Below, in pieces: positions 25,501 to 38,827 of a stretch of DNA of 49,399 nt. Both the position numbers and the translations under genes were made by a program. The notes under the pieces are model-generated. The model saw only the letters and a program-made list of their open reading frames with translations, searched no databases and had not been told where the DNA came from. Origin of the DNA: Chiloscyllium plagiosum (taxonomy: Eukaryota); contig NC_057759.1 in NCBI RefSeq assembly GCF_004010195.1, forward strand, positions 4,347,758 through 4,397,156, read 5' to 3'. Positions within the stretch are counted from its first letter, which is position 1, and the number at the start of each line of letters is the position of its first letter.

Positions 25501-26959
25501 ATTCCCCTACATTTACCCCTTCACCTAACACTACGGGCAATTTAGCATGGCCAATTCACCTAACCTGCACAGCTTTGGACTGTGGGAGGAAATGGAGCAC
25601 CTGGAGGAAACCCATGCAGACATAGGGAGAATGTGCAAACTCCACACAGTCAGTCGCCTGAGGCAGGAATTGAACCCGGGTCTCTGGCGCTGTGAGGCAG
25701 CAGTTCTAACCACCAGAATGTTGTGTTAGTTATGTTAGAGTGCCTAAATTTTTTTTGTGCTATGATTAAATGTACTAGTCGTCACTACTTTTCTGAAGGA
25801 CCTTGCATCTCATTTCTATGCCTTAACGAAAATGTATCCATATTATCACTGGAATTCAAAGTCTATGTGGAGAGGGTAACAACACACGCCTTCATTATGA
25901 TACCCCTAACGGCACCAAGTATTGGAAGGGAAGAACCATTTTGGGATGTTGACGATGTTTCTTATCAAGAAATTCACTTCATTAGTACTGGATGATTTTC
26001 ACCCTCAGCACCCAGAGCCGAATTATGTAAGCATGGATTATCCACATACCCCAGGAAGTCACAAATATAGGCCTGCATCTCACTGGGAAGGTCCCTCTGT
26101 TGCCTATGCTAAATCTGGATTTCTTTTTCAATTATAATAAGGCAGCTAACTACCTTGTCCTGAATAGAGCATGTAGTCCTCGTGTCGTAGCTGTAAGAAC
26201 ACTATTTCCAACTCCTGTTCCATGTCCAATTACCTGCAATGAAATCATAATCCCCTTTTAAATGTACAGTTTCTCCTGACTTTTGCGCAGAATGGAAGAA
26301 TCCAAAGACCATATCAAGAAGTAAAACACACTCATTGGCATATGCAGCTCTTAGTGTTCTTTCATTAGGAGAGTCATTAAGAATTATTAGTCATCAAAAC
26401 CATAATTATCTCATTGGTGGACTCACAATTTTGAGAAATGAGACAACTGTAACCTTAAAAGAAATTAGAAATGCTTTCAGAATTGCGCCTATTTGCCCAA
26501 CAAAACCGATTATGTATTTGCGAAGGAAGGTGGAGTTTGCATTATAATTAAAGGAAAATGCATTATGAGGGTCACTGATCTTTTCAAAAACATTACTAGA
26601 CATATTGATAATATTCACACTTTTGTCAACCAAATGAACGAAAGTGCGGGATGGGAAGATTGGGGTTTGGCTCATGGTACAACTGTTTAATTAATATGTC
26701 TTTGTATGGTGCTATTGTTTTAATTGGTCTTTTTATTGGTATTGCTATAGTTAAGTGTATTATTGCTAAAATATTAACTTCTCCACCTTCTCCACTTAAA
26801 TGCACCTTCTCCACTTAAATGAAGACGAGGAAACACCATTGCCTGCCCTTAGTTCCCCTTTGGAGGAAGAGGAACTATGGCAGTCTCTTGCTGCTATTGA
26901 ATTGAATTGATTTGATCTATGCCTTTATGGTGTGGTCATAAAATGACCAAAGGGGGGAA
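22530..26959 (+). mobile_element. Decayed endogenous retrovirus internal region (class I, gamma/epsilon-like): gag, pol and env remnants
   Basis: Degenerate Gag knuckle PGPCFNC* (~23260). RNase H LSKGKSTNI-TDS..IHDFGALWEH*RFLT (~23345-23450). Env furin/fusion-like RSKT-HSLAYAALSVLSLG (~26320), ISD/CX6CC-like ELRLFAQQNR..DYVFAKEGGVCIIIKGKC (~26475-26565) and TM GAIVLIGLFIGIAIVKC. PPT aaaggggggaa (26949-26959). 5' boundary uncertain. Confidence 0.8.
25408..25714 (-). mobile_element. HE1-like SINE inserted in the ERV env region
   Basis: Reverse complement of the SINE at 1132, with tail gggcctgtttccacactgtaagtaatcta. Confidence 0.92.
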
Positions 26960-27517
26960 TGAGGATCTAAATTTGGAATTTAGGCAACAAAATATGTAGA
27001 TTTTTATTTTAACAGAATGGATTCTCGATTTAAAAGAATACTACAAAATGGCCTATAAACCATACTGCTGATTTGCAGAATTAACTTGCAGTTCAAAGAT
27101 AAGAGGACAATAGAGTTTTCATAAGATGAATACTGACACATTAATTGACCATTTGAACTAATCTTGAACTAAGACATGGCATGACAATTTACGTAAATTA
27201 GATATCCTTCTTAAAGAAAACATCATTGGATTAACTTGCTGTAAATCATGTCACCTTATTATGTGTGATTAGTCTTTCTTGTAATTAAGGCTGCACTATT
27301 TCTTAAAAAACATAAATAATGTGTAATTTTCAAATGTAATTGCGCAACTTCATCACGGAACACAGAAGCTTCAATCTCTGTGTTGCTGCATAGAATTGCG
27401 TCAAGGTACCTTAATTCAATAAACTAATGAACCTTGCTTTTTGAATAGACCGCATTTGTCGATTCCTTTGACCGATTTCAAACCAAGAGGCCCCTCTTGA
27501 GGGGACATAGATCTTCA
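26960..27517 (+). mobile_element. ERV 3' LTR (558 bp)
   Basis: Starts right after the PPT with TGAGGATCTA and ends TAGATCTTCA (10-bp terminal inverted repeat, 1 mismatch); TATA-like cataaat (~27311); AATAAA (27418). Confidence 0.85.
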
Positions 27518-27740
27518 TAGGAAGGATAGAAAGGCAGGTAAAAGAGAAGGCGGAGTGGTGTTCTTGATTAAAGAACACATTGCTGCTCTAACTAGAGAAA
27601 ATATTTCTGAAAAAGATCATCCAGTGAAAATATCTGGTTTGAAATAAGAAAGGGATGATCATTGTGATGGGACTGTACTATAGGCCCCCAATAGTAAGAG
27701 GGAAACTGAGGAACAAATATACACAGATTTCAGATAAAAA
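27518..27740 (+). mobile_element. CR1 AP-endonuclease fragment (continues at ~29593-29730)
   Basis: RKDRKAGKREGGVVFLIKEH and GLYYRPPNS remnants. Confidence 0.7.
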
Positions 27741-27824
27741 GCAGAGGACTGGGAAGCTTTTAAAGGGGGCATAGCTTTAAATTAAGGGGGGGGTAGGTAT
27801 AGGACAGATGTTAGGGGTAGGTTC

Positions 27825-28208
27825 NNNNNNNNNNNNNNNNNNNNNNNNNNNNNNNNNNNNNNNNNNNNNNNNNNNNNNNNNNNNNNNNNNNNNNNNNNNN
27901 NNNNNNNNNNNNNNNNNNNNNNNNNNNNNNNNNNNNNNNNNNNNNNNNNNNNNNNNNNNNNNNNNNNNNNNNNNNNNNNNNNNNNNNNNNNNNNNNNNNN
28001 NNNNNNNNNNNNNNNNNNNNNNNNNNNNNNNNNNNNNNNNNNNNNNNNNNNNNNNNNNNNNNNNNNNNNNNNNNNNNNNNNNNNNNNNNNNNNNNNNNNN
28101 NNNNNNNNNNNNNNNNNNNNNNNNNNNNNNNNNNNNNNNNNNNNNNNNNNNNNNNNNNNNNNNNNNNNNNNNNNNNNNNNNNNNNNNNNNNNNNNNNNNN
28201 NNNNNNNN
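27825..28208. other. Assembly gap
   Basis: Run of N. Confidence 1.
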
Positions 28209-29592
28209 AGGATTGGAGGGTGGCTAATGTTATACCAGTTTTTAAGAAAGGTGGGAGAGAGAAAGCAGAAAATTATAGTCCAGTTAGTCTGACCTCAGTG
28301 GTGGTAAAGATGCTGGAGTCTATTATAAAGGATGAAATTATGACACATCTGGATAGTAGTAACAGGATAGGTCAGAGTCAGCATGGATTTATGAAGGGGA
28401 AATCATGCTTGACTAATCTTCTGGAATTTTTTGAGGATGTAACTCTGAAGATGGACAAGGGAGATCCAGTGGATGTAGTGTACCTGGACTTTCAGAAAGC
28501 CTTTGATGAAGTCCCACATAGGAGGTTAGTGAGCAAAATTAGGGCGCATGGTATTGTGGGCAAAGTACTGACTTGGATTGAAAATTGGTTGGCTGACAGG
28601 ACAGCTCCCTTTCGGAATGGCAGGCAGTGACCAGTGGGGGACCGCAGCTTATTTGCCAAAGTATTAATAGTAACATTAGCAAATTTGCTGATGATACAAA
28701 GCTGGGCGGCAGGGTGAAATGTGAGGAGGATGTTAGGAGATGAGAGGGTGACCTGGACAGGTTAGGTGAGTGGACAGGTGCATGGCAGATGCAGTTTAAT
28801 GTGGATAAATGTATCGTTATCCACTTTGGTGACAAGAACAGGAAGGCAGATTACTACCTAAATGGAGTCAAGTTAGGTAAAGGGGCAGTACAAAGAGATC
28901 TTGTACACCAGTCAATGAAGGCAAACATGCAGGTACAGCAGGTAGTGAAGAAAGCTAATAGCATGCTGGCCTTCATAACAAAGGGGATTGAGTATAGAAG
29001 CAAAGAGGTTCTTCTGCAGCTGTACAGAGCCCTGGTGAGACCGCACCTAGAATATTGTGTGCAGTTCTGGTCTCCAAATTTGAGGAAAGACATTCTGGCT
29101 ATTGAGGGAATGCAGCATAGGTTCATGAGGTCAATTCCTGGAATGGCGGGACTATCTTATGTTGAAAGACTGGAGTGACTTGGCTTGTATACCCTTGAGC
29201 TTAGAAGACTGAGAGGGGATCTGATTGAGACGTATAAGATCATTAAAGGATTGGACACTCTGGAGGCAGGAAACATGTTTCCGCTAATGGGCGAGTGCCA
29301 AACCAGAGGACACAGCTTAAAAATAACGGGTAAGCCATTTAGGACAGAGATGATGAGAAACTTCTTCACCCAGAGAGTGGTGGGTGTGTGGAATGCTCTG
29401 CCACAGAAGGCAGTGGAGACCCAGTCTCTGGATTTGTTTAAGAAAGAGTTGGATAGAGCTCTCAAGGATAGTGGAATCAAGGGTTATGGAAATAAGGCAG
29501 GAACAGGATACTGATTGAGGATGATCAGCCATGATCATAATGAATGGTGGTGCAGGCTCGAAGGGCAGAATGGCCTACTCCTGCACCTATTG
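28209..29592 (+). mobile_element. Relatively young CR1-type LINE, RT to 3' end (internally deleted)
   Basis: ANVIPVFKKG, QHGFMKGKSCLTNLLEFFE, YLDFQKAFD, KFADDTK, LVRPHLEYCVQFWSP; 3' tail aatggcctactcctgcacctat. Confidence 0.95.
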
Positions 29593-29734
29593 TAATAGTA
29601 CGTGATTTAAATTTTACAAGCATTGACTGCAAGTACCATTGCGTTAAAGGCTTAGATGGAGAAGAGACTTTTAAAATTCGAAGAACATTTCTTAATCAAC
29701 ATGTAAATGTTCCAAGACAAGAAGCTTAAGGCTC

Positions 29735-32392
29735 CAGGAAAGAAATGCTACAGGAAGCTTAGAAAGAGGGGGAGAGAGAGGAGGGAGTGGCATTTTTGAT
29801 AAGGGATAGCATTACTACTGTACTTAGGGACAATATTCCTGGGAATATATTCAGGAAGTTATTTGGGTGGTACTGAGAAATAAGAAAGGAATGATCATCT
29901 TATTAGGTTTGTATTATAGACTCCCGAATAGTCAGCAGGAAATTGAGAAACAAATTTGTAAGGAGACTTCAGTTACCTGTAAGGAAAATAGGGTGGTTAT
30001 AGTAGGGGATTTTAACTTTCCAAGCATTGGCTGGCACTGCCATAGTATTAAGGATTTAGAAGGAGAGGAATTTGTCAAGTTTGTACAAGAAAAGTTTCTG
30101 ATTTAGGATATTCCTAATGGAGAAGGTGTAAAACCTGACCTACTCTTGGGAAATAAGGCAGGGATGGTGACTGGGGTGTCAGTAGGGGAGCACTCTGGGG
30201 CTAGTGACCAAAATTCTATTAGTTTTAAAATAGTGAAGAAAAAGGATAGACCAGATATAAAAGCTGAAGTTCTAAATTGGAGGAAGGCTAATTTTGACAA
30301 TATTTGGCAAGAACTTTCAAAAGCTGTTGGGGGCAGGGGTTCATAGGTAAAGAAAAGGCTGGAAAATGGGAAGCCTTCAAAATGCAATAGCAAGAGTCCA
30401 GAGATAGTATATTCCTGTTAGGGTGAAAGCAAAAGCTGGTAGGTGTAGGGAATGCTGGATGATGAGAGAAATTGAGGTGTTAGTTAAGAAAAAAATGTGT
30501 CAGGTATAGACAGGATAGATCAAATGAATCCTTAGAGTATAAAGGCAGTAGTCGTAAACTTGAGAGAGAAGTCAGGAGGGCAAAAAGGGTCATGAGATAG
30601 CTTTGGCAAATAAGGTAAAGGAGAATCCAAAGGGTTTCTAGAAATAGATTAAGGACAAAAGGGTAACTAGGGAGAGAAAAGAGCCGCAGGAGATGGGGGA
30701 GATACTAATCAAATATTTTGCATCAGTGTTCACTTTGAAGGAGGACATGGAAAATTATATAATGTGGGGAACTAGATAGTGACATGTTGAAAAATGTCCA
30801 TACTACAGAGGGGGTGGTGCTGGGTGTCTTGAAATGCATACATGGGGATAAATCCCTCAGACCTGATCATGTGCACCCTCGAACTCTGTGAAGCTAGGGA
30901 AGCGATTGCTGGGCACTTGCTGAGATATTTGTATCATTGATAGTCGCAGGTGAGGAGCCGGTACACTGGAAGATTGTTAACATGGTGCTACTGTTTAAGA
31001 AAGGTGGTAAGGAAAAGCCAGGGAACTATAGACCGGTGAGCCTGATATCGGTGGTGGGCAAGATGTTGGCGGTAATCCTGAGAGACAGGATTGACATGCA
31101 TTTGGTAACGCAAGGACTGATTAGGGATAGTCAGCATGTCTTTGTGTGTGAAAAATCATGTCTCACAAACTTGAATTAGTTTTTTGAAGAAGTAACAAAG
31201 AAGATTGATGAGGTCAGAGTGGTGGATATGATCTATATGGACTCCAGTAAGGCATTCAACAAGGTTCCTCATGAAAGATTGGTTAACAAGGTTAGATGTC
31301 ATGGAATACAGGGAGAAATAGCCAATTGGATGCAGAACTTGCTCGATGGTAGAAGACAGGGGGTGATGGAAGAGAGTTGGTTTTCAGACTGGAGGTCTGT
31401 GACCAGTGGTGTGCCACCAGTATCAGTGTTGGGTCCACTGCTTTTCATCATTTATGTAAATGATTTGGATTTGAACATAGCAGGTAGAGTTAATAAGTTT
31501 GCAGATGACACCAAAATTGGAGGTGCAGTGGACAGCGAAGAAAGTACAACAGGGCCTTGATCAGATGGGCCAATGGGCTAAGGAGTGTCAGGTGGAGTTG
31601 AATTCAGATAAATCTGAGGAGCTGCATTTTGGAAAGGCAAATCAGAGCAGGACTTATACACATAATGGTAAGGTCCTAGGGAGTGTTGCTGAACAAAGAG
31701 ACCTTGGAGTGCAACTTTATAGCTCCTTGAAAGTGGAGTCACAGGTAGATAGGATAGTGAACAAGGCGTTTTGGTACATTTTCTTCATTGGTCAGTGCAT
31801 CGAGTATAGGAGTTGGGAGGGTATGTTCTGGCTGTGCAGGTCATTGGTGAGGCCAGTTTTGGAATACTGCATGCAATTCTGGTCTCCTTCCTTTTGGAAG
31901 GATATTGTGAAATGTTGAAGGGTTCAGAAAAGATTTACAAGGAATTTGTCAGGGTTGGAGGATTTGAGCTACAGGGAGAGGCTGAACAGGCTGGGGCAGT
32001 TTTCCCAGGAGTGTCAGAGGCTGAGGGGTGACCACATAGAGGTTTATAAAATCATGAGGGGCATGGGTAGTGTTAATAGACAATGTCTCTTCCCTGAGGT
32101 GGGGGAGTACAAAACTAGAGGCATAGGTTTAAGGGGAATGGGACAAATTTAAAATGGACCGAAGCAGCAACTTTTGTACCCATAAGATGGTGCGAGTATG
32201 GATTGAAGAAGACAGGGAGGAGGCTGGTACAACATTTAAAAGGCATCTGGATGGGTACATGAATAGGAAGGGTTCAGAGGGATATGGGTCAAGTGCTGGC
32301 AAATGGGACTAGATTCGTTTCTGATATCTGGTTGGCACGGATAAGTAGGACAGCAGAGTTTGCTGCAGTGCTGTATATCTCAGTGACTCTAT
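29735..32392 (+). mobile_element. CR1-type LINE, most of ORF2 (EN+RT) and 3' end, disrupted
   Basis: GLYYRLPNS, IVGDFNFP, SDQNSISF, NYRPVSLISVVGK, SVLGPLLFIIYVNDLD, KFADDTK; multiple stops and frameshifts. Confidence 0.95.
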
Positions 32393-32499
32393 AGTTGTGA
32401 ATGACAACATTTATTGGAAATGGGGTGATGTGCATTGAGAATGGAGAGAGATTAAAAAAATATATAATTGCTTGGTAGTATTTGACTATTCTTTTGAAA

Positions 32500-32930
32500 A
32501 CTTCTCTTAGAAATTGAGCTCAATGTGTGTTTAATTCAACTGCTTTGTGACTGTGGAAAGTATGTATTTCAGTCTCACAGCGATAACATACCTGCTGTTT
32601 GTTAGAAGGAACTGATCACACTTGGCTTCGTTGTCTTGCTCCTTCAAGTATTTGTCTGGAGGGAGACAGAAGAGTCATCGCCAGTCAATCAACATTAAAT
32701 GAGTTTGACAGTGTCAAACCTTAGTGTAACATTCAATTTATAAGTATGGGGCTTTGTTTCTTTCAAGCCAGCAATTCCAACAGATCTGCCCGAGTTGTTC
32801 TTTGTTTGGTGATTGTAACAAAAGAATATATATACCAATTCACTGAGAACCAGATACTAAACAACACCTCTACAGCTCCACAATAGGGCTACCCAATACA
32901 AGTGTGTATCTGGATCTGAGTTTCCTTATC
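32500..32930 (-). repeat. Copy B of the locally repeated module (putative exon 32592-32655)
   Basis: Inverted paralogue of 18620-19030; ctccag acceptor and CAG|gtatgt donor conserved; exon 18 nt shorter than copy A. Confidence 0.65.
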
Positions 32931-34019
32931 AACCCAGTCAGTTCCTGTGAGGTGAATGTGGGAGTACAGCTGTCAACCTGTACCTGTCAGTGTAAGCTGT
33001 GCAAATGTGTGAGTGAATGTAGTTATTAATCTGTCCCTGTCACTCTATGCAATGTCCAAAATGTATTTACTAGAGAGTGATAGGGACAGATTGATAACTA
33101 CATTCACATAGCATAAACTGACAAGTATAGATTGATAACTGAACTCATATCTACATGGTAAAAACTGGCAGAGACTGGTTGATAAATATATTTTATACAT
33201 TTTAAATAAATAGAATCAGTCCCTTTGAGTTTCTCTGATGTGGATACGTGAGTTTAGTTATCAATATATACCTGCCAGTTTCTGCCCTGTGAATGTATAA
33301 GTTTACTTATCAATCTGTCCCTAGCAGTTTCTGCTGTGTATCCGAGAGTATAGTTATCAGCCCGAACCTGTCAGTTTCAATATTAGTCTCTGCCTGTCAG
33401 TTTCTGCTGTACGAATATTAAATGCAGTCATCAAATTGTACCCTTCAATTTCTTCTGTATGAATGCAGATTTTGCTCTCTTCCTGTCAGTTTTAGCTATA
33501 ATCAATTTGGAAGCGCAATTATCCATCAGTACCTGTCAGGTTTTGCTATTTGACACCAGAACGTCATTGTCAATCTGTTTCTACTACATCAATATGAGAG
33601 AGCAGATACCAATCTGTCCCTGTTAGATTCTTCCCTGTCAATATGTGATGAGTACAGATATGTCAATTTCTTCTTTTAAGAATGTAATTGTCAGTCTGTA
33701 CCTTTTCAGACTCTGCTGTGTGAGTACATAAATATAGTTATCAGTCTGCAGCTGTCAGTTTATGCTTGGAGAACGTATCAGTGTAATTGTCAACCCCCAC
33801 CAGTTTATGCTATGTAAATTTGTGAGCTGAGCTTTCATCTGTCACTATCAGTTTCTGCTTTGTGAATGAGAGTGTTCAGTTATCAATCCTTCCCTGTCAG
33901 GCGCTATAATGTCAGGGCTTGAGTGTATTTATTCATCTTTCCCTATCAGGTTGTGAGACTGTAGCTATCAAACTGTACCTCTCAGATTCTGTGATATGAA
34001 CATGAGTGTCGTTATCCAT

Positions 34020-34562
34020 TTGATTTGATCAGATTTATTATTGTCACATGTAAAGAGATACAATGAAAAGTATTGTTTTGAGTGCCTTACAGGCAGATCA
34101 TATCATACGAAGTGCATTAGGGCAATAGAACAGAAACTGGAATAAAGTGGTAATGCTGTAGAGAAAGTGCAGAGAGAGAGAGAGGTTAATATTAAAATTT
34201 GAGAGATGCATTCAAAAGTCTAATAACAGCAGAGAATCAGTTCCTGAATACGCTGGACGGTGTATTCAAACTTCTGTATTTTCTACCTAACAGACCAGGG
34301 TGGAGGAGAGTATAAATCAGGGTCAGATGGGTCTTTGATCATGTTGGCTGCTTTCCTGACACAGGGGGAAGTGAAAATGGAGCCTTTGGATGGAAGGCTG
34401 CTTTCAGTGATGGACTGGGCTGTATTCGCAACTCATTGTAGTTTGTGGCCTTGGGCAGAACAGTAGCCATACCACACTGTGACACATCCAGATAGGTGGT
34501 GCAATATTAACATTTGCAAGAGTGTTTATGGACACGGTGAATTTCCTTAGCCTCCTGGGGAA
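34020..34562 (-). mobile_element. LINE 3' fragment (Rex1/Babar-like)
   Basis: tttattattgtcacatgt..atacaatgaaaagtattg 3' end and gggtctttgatcatgttggctgc..cagtagccatacca segment; family assigned from recall only. Confidence 0.5.
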
Positions 34563-34849
34563 ATCTGCTTGGTGAATGTGTTTGGGTAATTGTCAATCTC
34601 AACCTGCCAGTTTCTGCCATGTGAATGGGAGAATTTAGTTTTTAACAGTCCCCGTCAGGTTTTGCTTTCTGAATGTTGAGTTAAATTTAGTTAAGTATCC
34701 TTCCCGTTCAGGGTCTGTAATATAAATGTGAGTGTATTTAACAATGTTTGCCTGACAAATTTTCTTTTGTGTACGTGAATGTAATTATCAATTTTCCTTG
34801 GTAGTTTCTGCTCTGTGAATATGAAAATGTAATTATTAAATGCGAAATA

Positions 34850-35472
34850 TAAACCAAAAGAACTGCAGATGCTGGAAAGGAGAAATGAAAATCAATTTGC
34901 TGGAAAAGCTCAGCAGGTCTGACAGAGTCTGTGGAGAGAAATCAGCTAAAATTTCCAGTTCAGTAACCCTTCCTGAGAACTGTGGTAGCCAGGAAATGAT
35001 TAGTTTTTATGCAGAAGATCGGATTTGTTGAAGGATATGGAGTAAATAGTAGATGGATATAGAATCCAAAGATCTTGGTCATATGAAGAAGGCGAATCAC
35101 TATTAATAGGGACAGTTAGTGACTGTTGGTGTATAATAGCAGACCTTGTGATAATAAGGCCTGACGTGAGAGGCTTCAGGTTCCCAAGCAGAAAATGAGG
35201 TGCTGTTCTTCCAGCGTACACTGAGCTTTGCTGGAGCACTGCAACAAGCCTGAGACAAAGATGTTCGTCAGAGAACTGGGTGGTGTGTTGAACTGGCAGG
35301 CAATTGGAAGCTGAGGGTCCTTTTTCTGGACAGAATGTAGGTGTTCGGCAAAGCGGACACCCAATCTACACTCAGTTTCCCCAGAATAGAGAAGACCACA
35401 TGGTAGCGAGGGAAATGCACAGAGTCGGTTCTGAGGAAGGGTCACTAGACTTCAAATGTAACCCTGATTTCT
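34850..35472 (-). mobile_element. Penelope-like element fragment (GIY-YIG endonuclease C-terminal part)
   Basis: CGLLYSGETECRLGVRFAEHL...LEEQHLIFCLGT. Confidence 0.85.
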
Positions 35473-36069
35473 CGTGTTATTAATCTCTACTTGTCGGTTT
35501 CTCCTGTGAATGAGAATGTCATTATCAAACTATACATGTCAATTTAAGTGATTTGAAACTGTGAGTGTTATCAATCTGTTCCAATAAGTTTCTGCTTTGT
35601 GAATGAGAATGTAGTTATCAGTCTTCCGCTGAAATGTCCTGCCATGTGAGTGTGATTGAGCAATCTGTCCCTGTTATATTCTGCTCTGTGTATCTCAGGA
35701 TGGAGCTATGAATCTGTATCTGTCAGCATCTAGTTTAGAAATGTGCAAATGCCTTTATCAGACTGTACCTGCCAGTGTTTGTGAAGTGTGTGGGGGGAGT
35801 GGTGTGGTGTGTGTCTAAGTATCATACTCTCCCTTTCAGTTTCTGCAGAGTGAATATGTGAGAGCAGCTATCAATCTACACCTGTCAGTTCCTGCTGTGT
35901 CCGCATGAGTGTTCAGGAATTATCTATCCTTGTCAGTTTCTGTCGTGTGACTGAGAGTCAAGTGCTCAATCAGTACCAGTCACTTTCTATTCTTATGCAC
36001 CAAAGTTGCTTAATTCGCTGGCAGCCAATAATACTATAGTCCAATGATGACAACGAATCTATTGTTGTT

Positions 36070-36240
36070 TGTCTGAAAAACCCATCTGGTTCACTAATGT
36101 CCTTTAAGGAAGGAAACTGCCATTCTTACCTGCTCTGGCCTACATGTGTCTCCAGACCGACAGCAATGTGTCCCCTGGGCACTTTGGGATGGGCAATAAA
36201 TATTGGCCTAGCCAGTGATGCCCTCATCTCATGAATAAAT
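36070..36240 (+). mobile_element. SINE 3' fragment (second family)
   Basis: aaaacccatctggttcactaatgtcctttaaggaaggaaactgcc...gggatgggcaataaa; tail matches the LINE end at 3590-3650. Confidence 0.65.
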
Positions 36241-37649
36241 TTAGGAAAAATAATTCTCTGTGACTGTGATTGATTCTGTGATAGTAGATTTTAGGTTGTT
36301 GTGATTGGGGCTGAACGTCTTCTACATTTTGAGATTTAGGACAGAGTCACAGAATTGATACAGCCATTCAGCCCATTGTGTGCACACTGGGACATTCTGT
36401 TCTTCACCTGTTCTCCATACTAGTTTCCATTAACCATTGGGATTCTGAACTTTATCCACTCACTGCCAGTATCTCTATCTAAATGCTAATTTGAGATTAT
36501 TTCTGCAGTTACCTGTCTTTGATAACTATAGTGCCAGTTTTGTTCTGTATGCAACAGTGTCAGGTACAGTATGTGGATCTCATTCTCTTTCCACGTTCAG
36601 TTATGTTTGTTTGGTCTGAGTGTCGGATAAACTCGATCAATATTCACTGACCTTTTGTGACTGAGGGATTAATGTTAGTTCAATATTTATCTTTGCCATG
36701 AATCTGAATTTTATTGCATTCAGACTGTTTTTCTTTACATTTTGTGTATGCAGTAGTGTTTATCAGTTGCTGCTGGACACTGTAAAATGTAATATCTAAC
36801 ACTAACTGAAGCGATTAATGGTTTGGTGAGTCAATTTATAACTGTCCATATTTGGAAGTACCTGAGCCTAATTTTCATTCCTTTTTCCCTTTCACAATTA
36901 ACTGGGTGAGTGTGAGTGAGTTTTCTGTTGTGCTGCCAACCTGTATCACTTTAAAGGAGTGGCATTGATCTATACCCCACTGACATTTTCTGTATGTCTC
37001 CTTCTGATTCCAATTCTGCATGTCATGATCTGACACATTTCATGAGGTGGATTTAATGCCTTATAAATCAGTGTTTCATACATTAAAAGTATGGAAATGC
37101 TTCTGCATTACTTCAGCCTTCAACCAGAATGTGAGTGTGGATAAAGTGTGTGCTCATCAGCACCAGGCTGAGAGTGAGAATGGGATTCATTTACTCTCCG
37201 ATATGAGAAATCAATGTGCTCCTTATTCTTGGTTATTGTGTTTCACAGTGCTTCAGTGTCATTGAAATTGAAACATGTCACTTTTTCTTTCTTTCTGCAC
37301 TGCTTTAAATAGTAACAATTCAATTCCATTGACTCCTTGACAAAACTATATCCTGATTCCTCAATTTTTTTTTGTACTATAATGAAGGGAGGTTCAAGAG
37401 GAATGCAGGGTTCTTTATAGATTTCTTGAAACAAATTTCAAAAGACAAAAAGAATAATAAAAAAAAACTTTCTTCCTGGACTGAAAAAAAATCCTATAAA
37501 ATGATGAAATGGAGAATGATGTTATGATACAGATCGGGATGACAGCTTCTTTGCTGCCATGATATATTTACGGAAATGGAATACTCATTGAGTTAACAAT
37601 TCTAATCCCTTTCAGTCAACTATTATGTTGGTATAGACTGTTTTCATCA

Positions 37650-38098
37650 GTGGTAAAAACAATGACTGCAGATGCTGGAAACCATATTCTAGATCAGTAG
37701 TGCTGGAAGAGCACAGCAATTCAGGCAGCATCCGAGGACAGGCAAAATGACGTTTCGGGCAAAAGCCCTTCATCAGGAATAAAGGCAGTGAGCCTGAAGC
37801 GTGGAGAGATAAGCTAGNNNNNNNNNNNNNNNNNNNNNNNNNNNNNNNNNNNNNNNNNNNNNNNNNNNNNNNNNNNNNNNNNNNNNNNNNNNNNNNNNNN
37901 NNNNNNNNNNNNNNNNNNNNNNNNNNNNNNNNNNNNNNNNNNNNNNNNNNNNNNNNNNNNNNNNNNNNNNNNNNNNNNNNNNNNNNNNNNNNNNNNNNNN
38001 NNNNNNNNNNNNNNNNNNNNNNNCATCGGGAGCAACGGATACAATAAATGATATTAGTGGATTTGCAGGTAAAACTTTGATGGATGTGGTTAATTGGA
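37650..38098 (-). mobile_element. Penelope-like element fragment spanning the gap at 37818-38023
   Basis: SFTCKSTNIIYCIRCSR (GIY-YIG N-terminal motif) plus the family terminal sequence. Confidence 0.8.
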
Positions 38099-38827
38099 AT
38101 AGACATATTCTGCACTGGAGATCTCTGACTTGAGATCTGAGAGTAGAAGTCAGTTTGATGTAACGTTTTCAGATAATTGTAGTGTGTATGGATCTTCATT
38201 ACTGTTAGATGATGTAATGTGTATTTCAGGATAGTGTATGAATTTGCAACTAGTGTAAATCAGTCTGTAGCTCTGTGAGATAGAATGATGTGTGCTCACA
38301 CATATGGGGATGGGGTGGAGGAGGTCACTTTGGGTGTGTGTACACGCAATAAGCACTCTCTCTACATCAAGCTTTGGGCCAGAGATTCATTTGGAATTAA
38401 CATTGTTTAATTGTTGTGTCTTTGTGCAGGACAACTCTATCAAAAATGTAATTTTGACTTTCTCAGTTACTGAAAATGTCAAAGTTTCCTTCTGCATCTG
38501 CACTCAATATCTTCTTTGTATATCCTTGTTCTAACAATGTAACAGCATGATCTGTTTATTCACTTTGATTTTAACTTTAAAATTGTCTTTATTACATGTG
38601 GAACTAATGCAGTTCCTGAATGGGTAAATGAAGAAGGACTTTTGCCTGAAACGTCGATTTTACTGCTCCTCAAATGCTGCCTGAACTGCTGTGCTTTTCC
38701 AGCACCATTCTAATCTAGACTGCAGTTCCTGAATGCATATTTCATAGGAGAGTACAGCATACCCCTCTTTTGATGTTGCAAATGATAATTGGCTATGCAT
38801 AATGACATTTATTGGAACTGAGCTGTT

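Larger units (their letters stand above)
32930..35990 (-). repeat. ~45-bp satellite arrays (32930-34020, 34580-34840, 35475-35990), same family as 8150-9095, split by TE insertions
   Basis: Repeated gttatcaatctgtacctgtcagtttctgctgtgtgaatgtgagtgta; local inversion at ~33070-33200. Confidence 0.8.
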
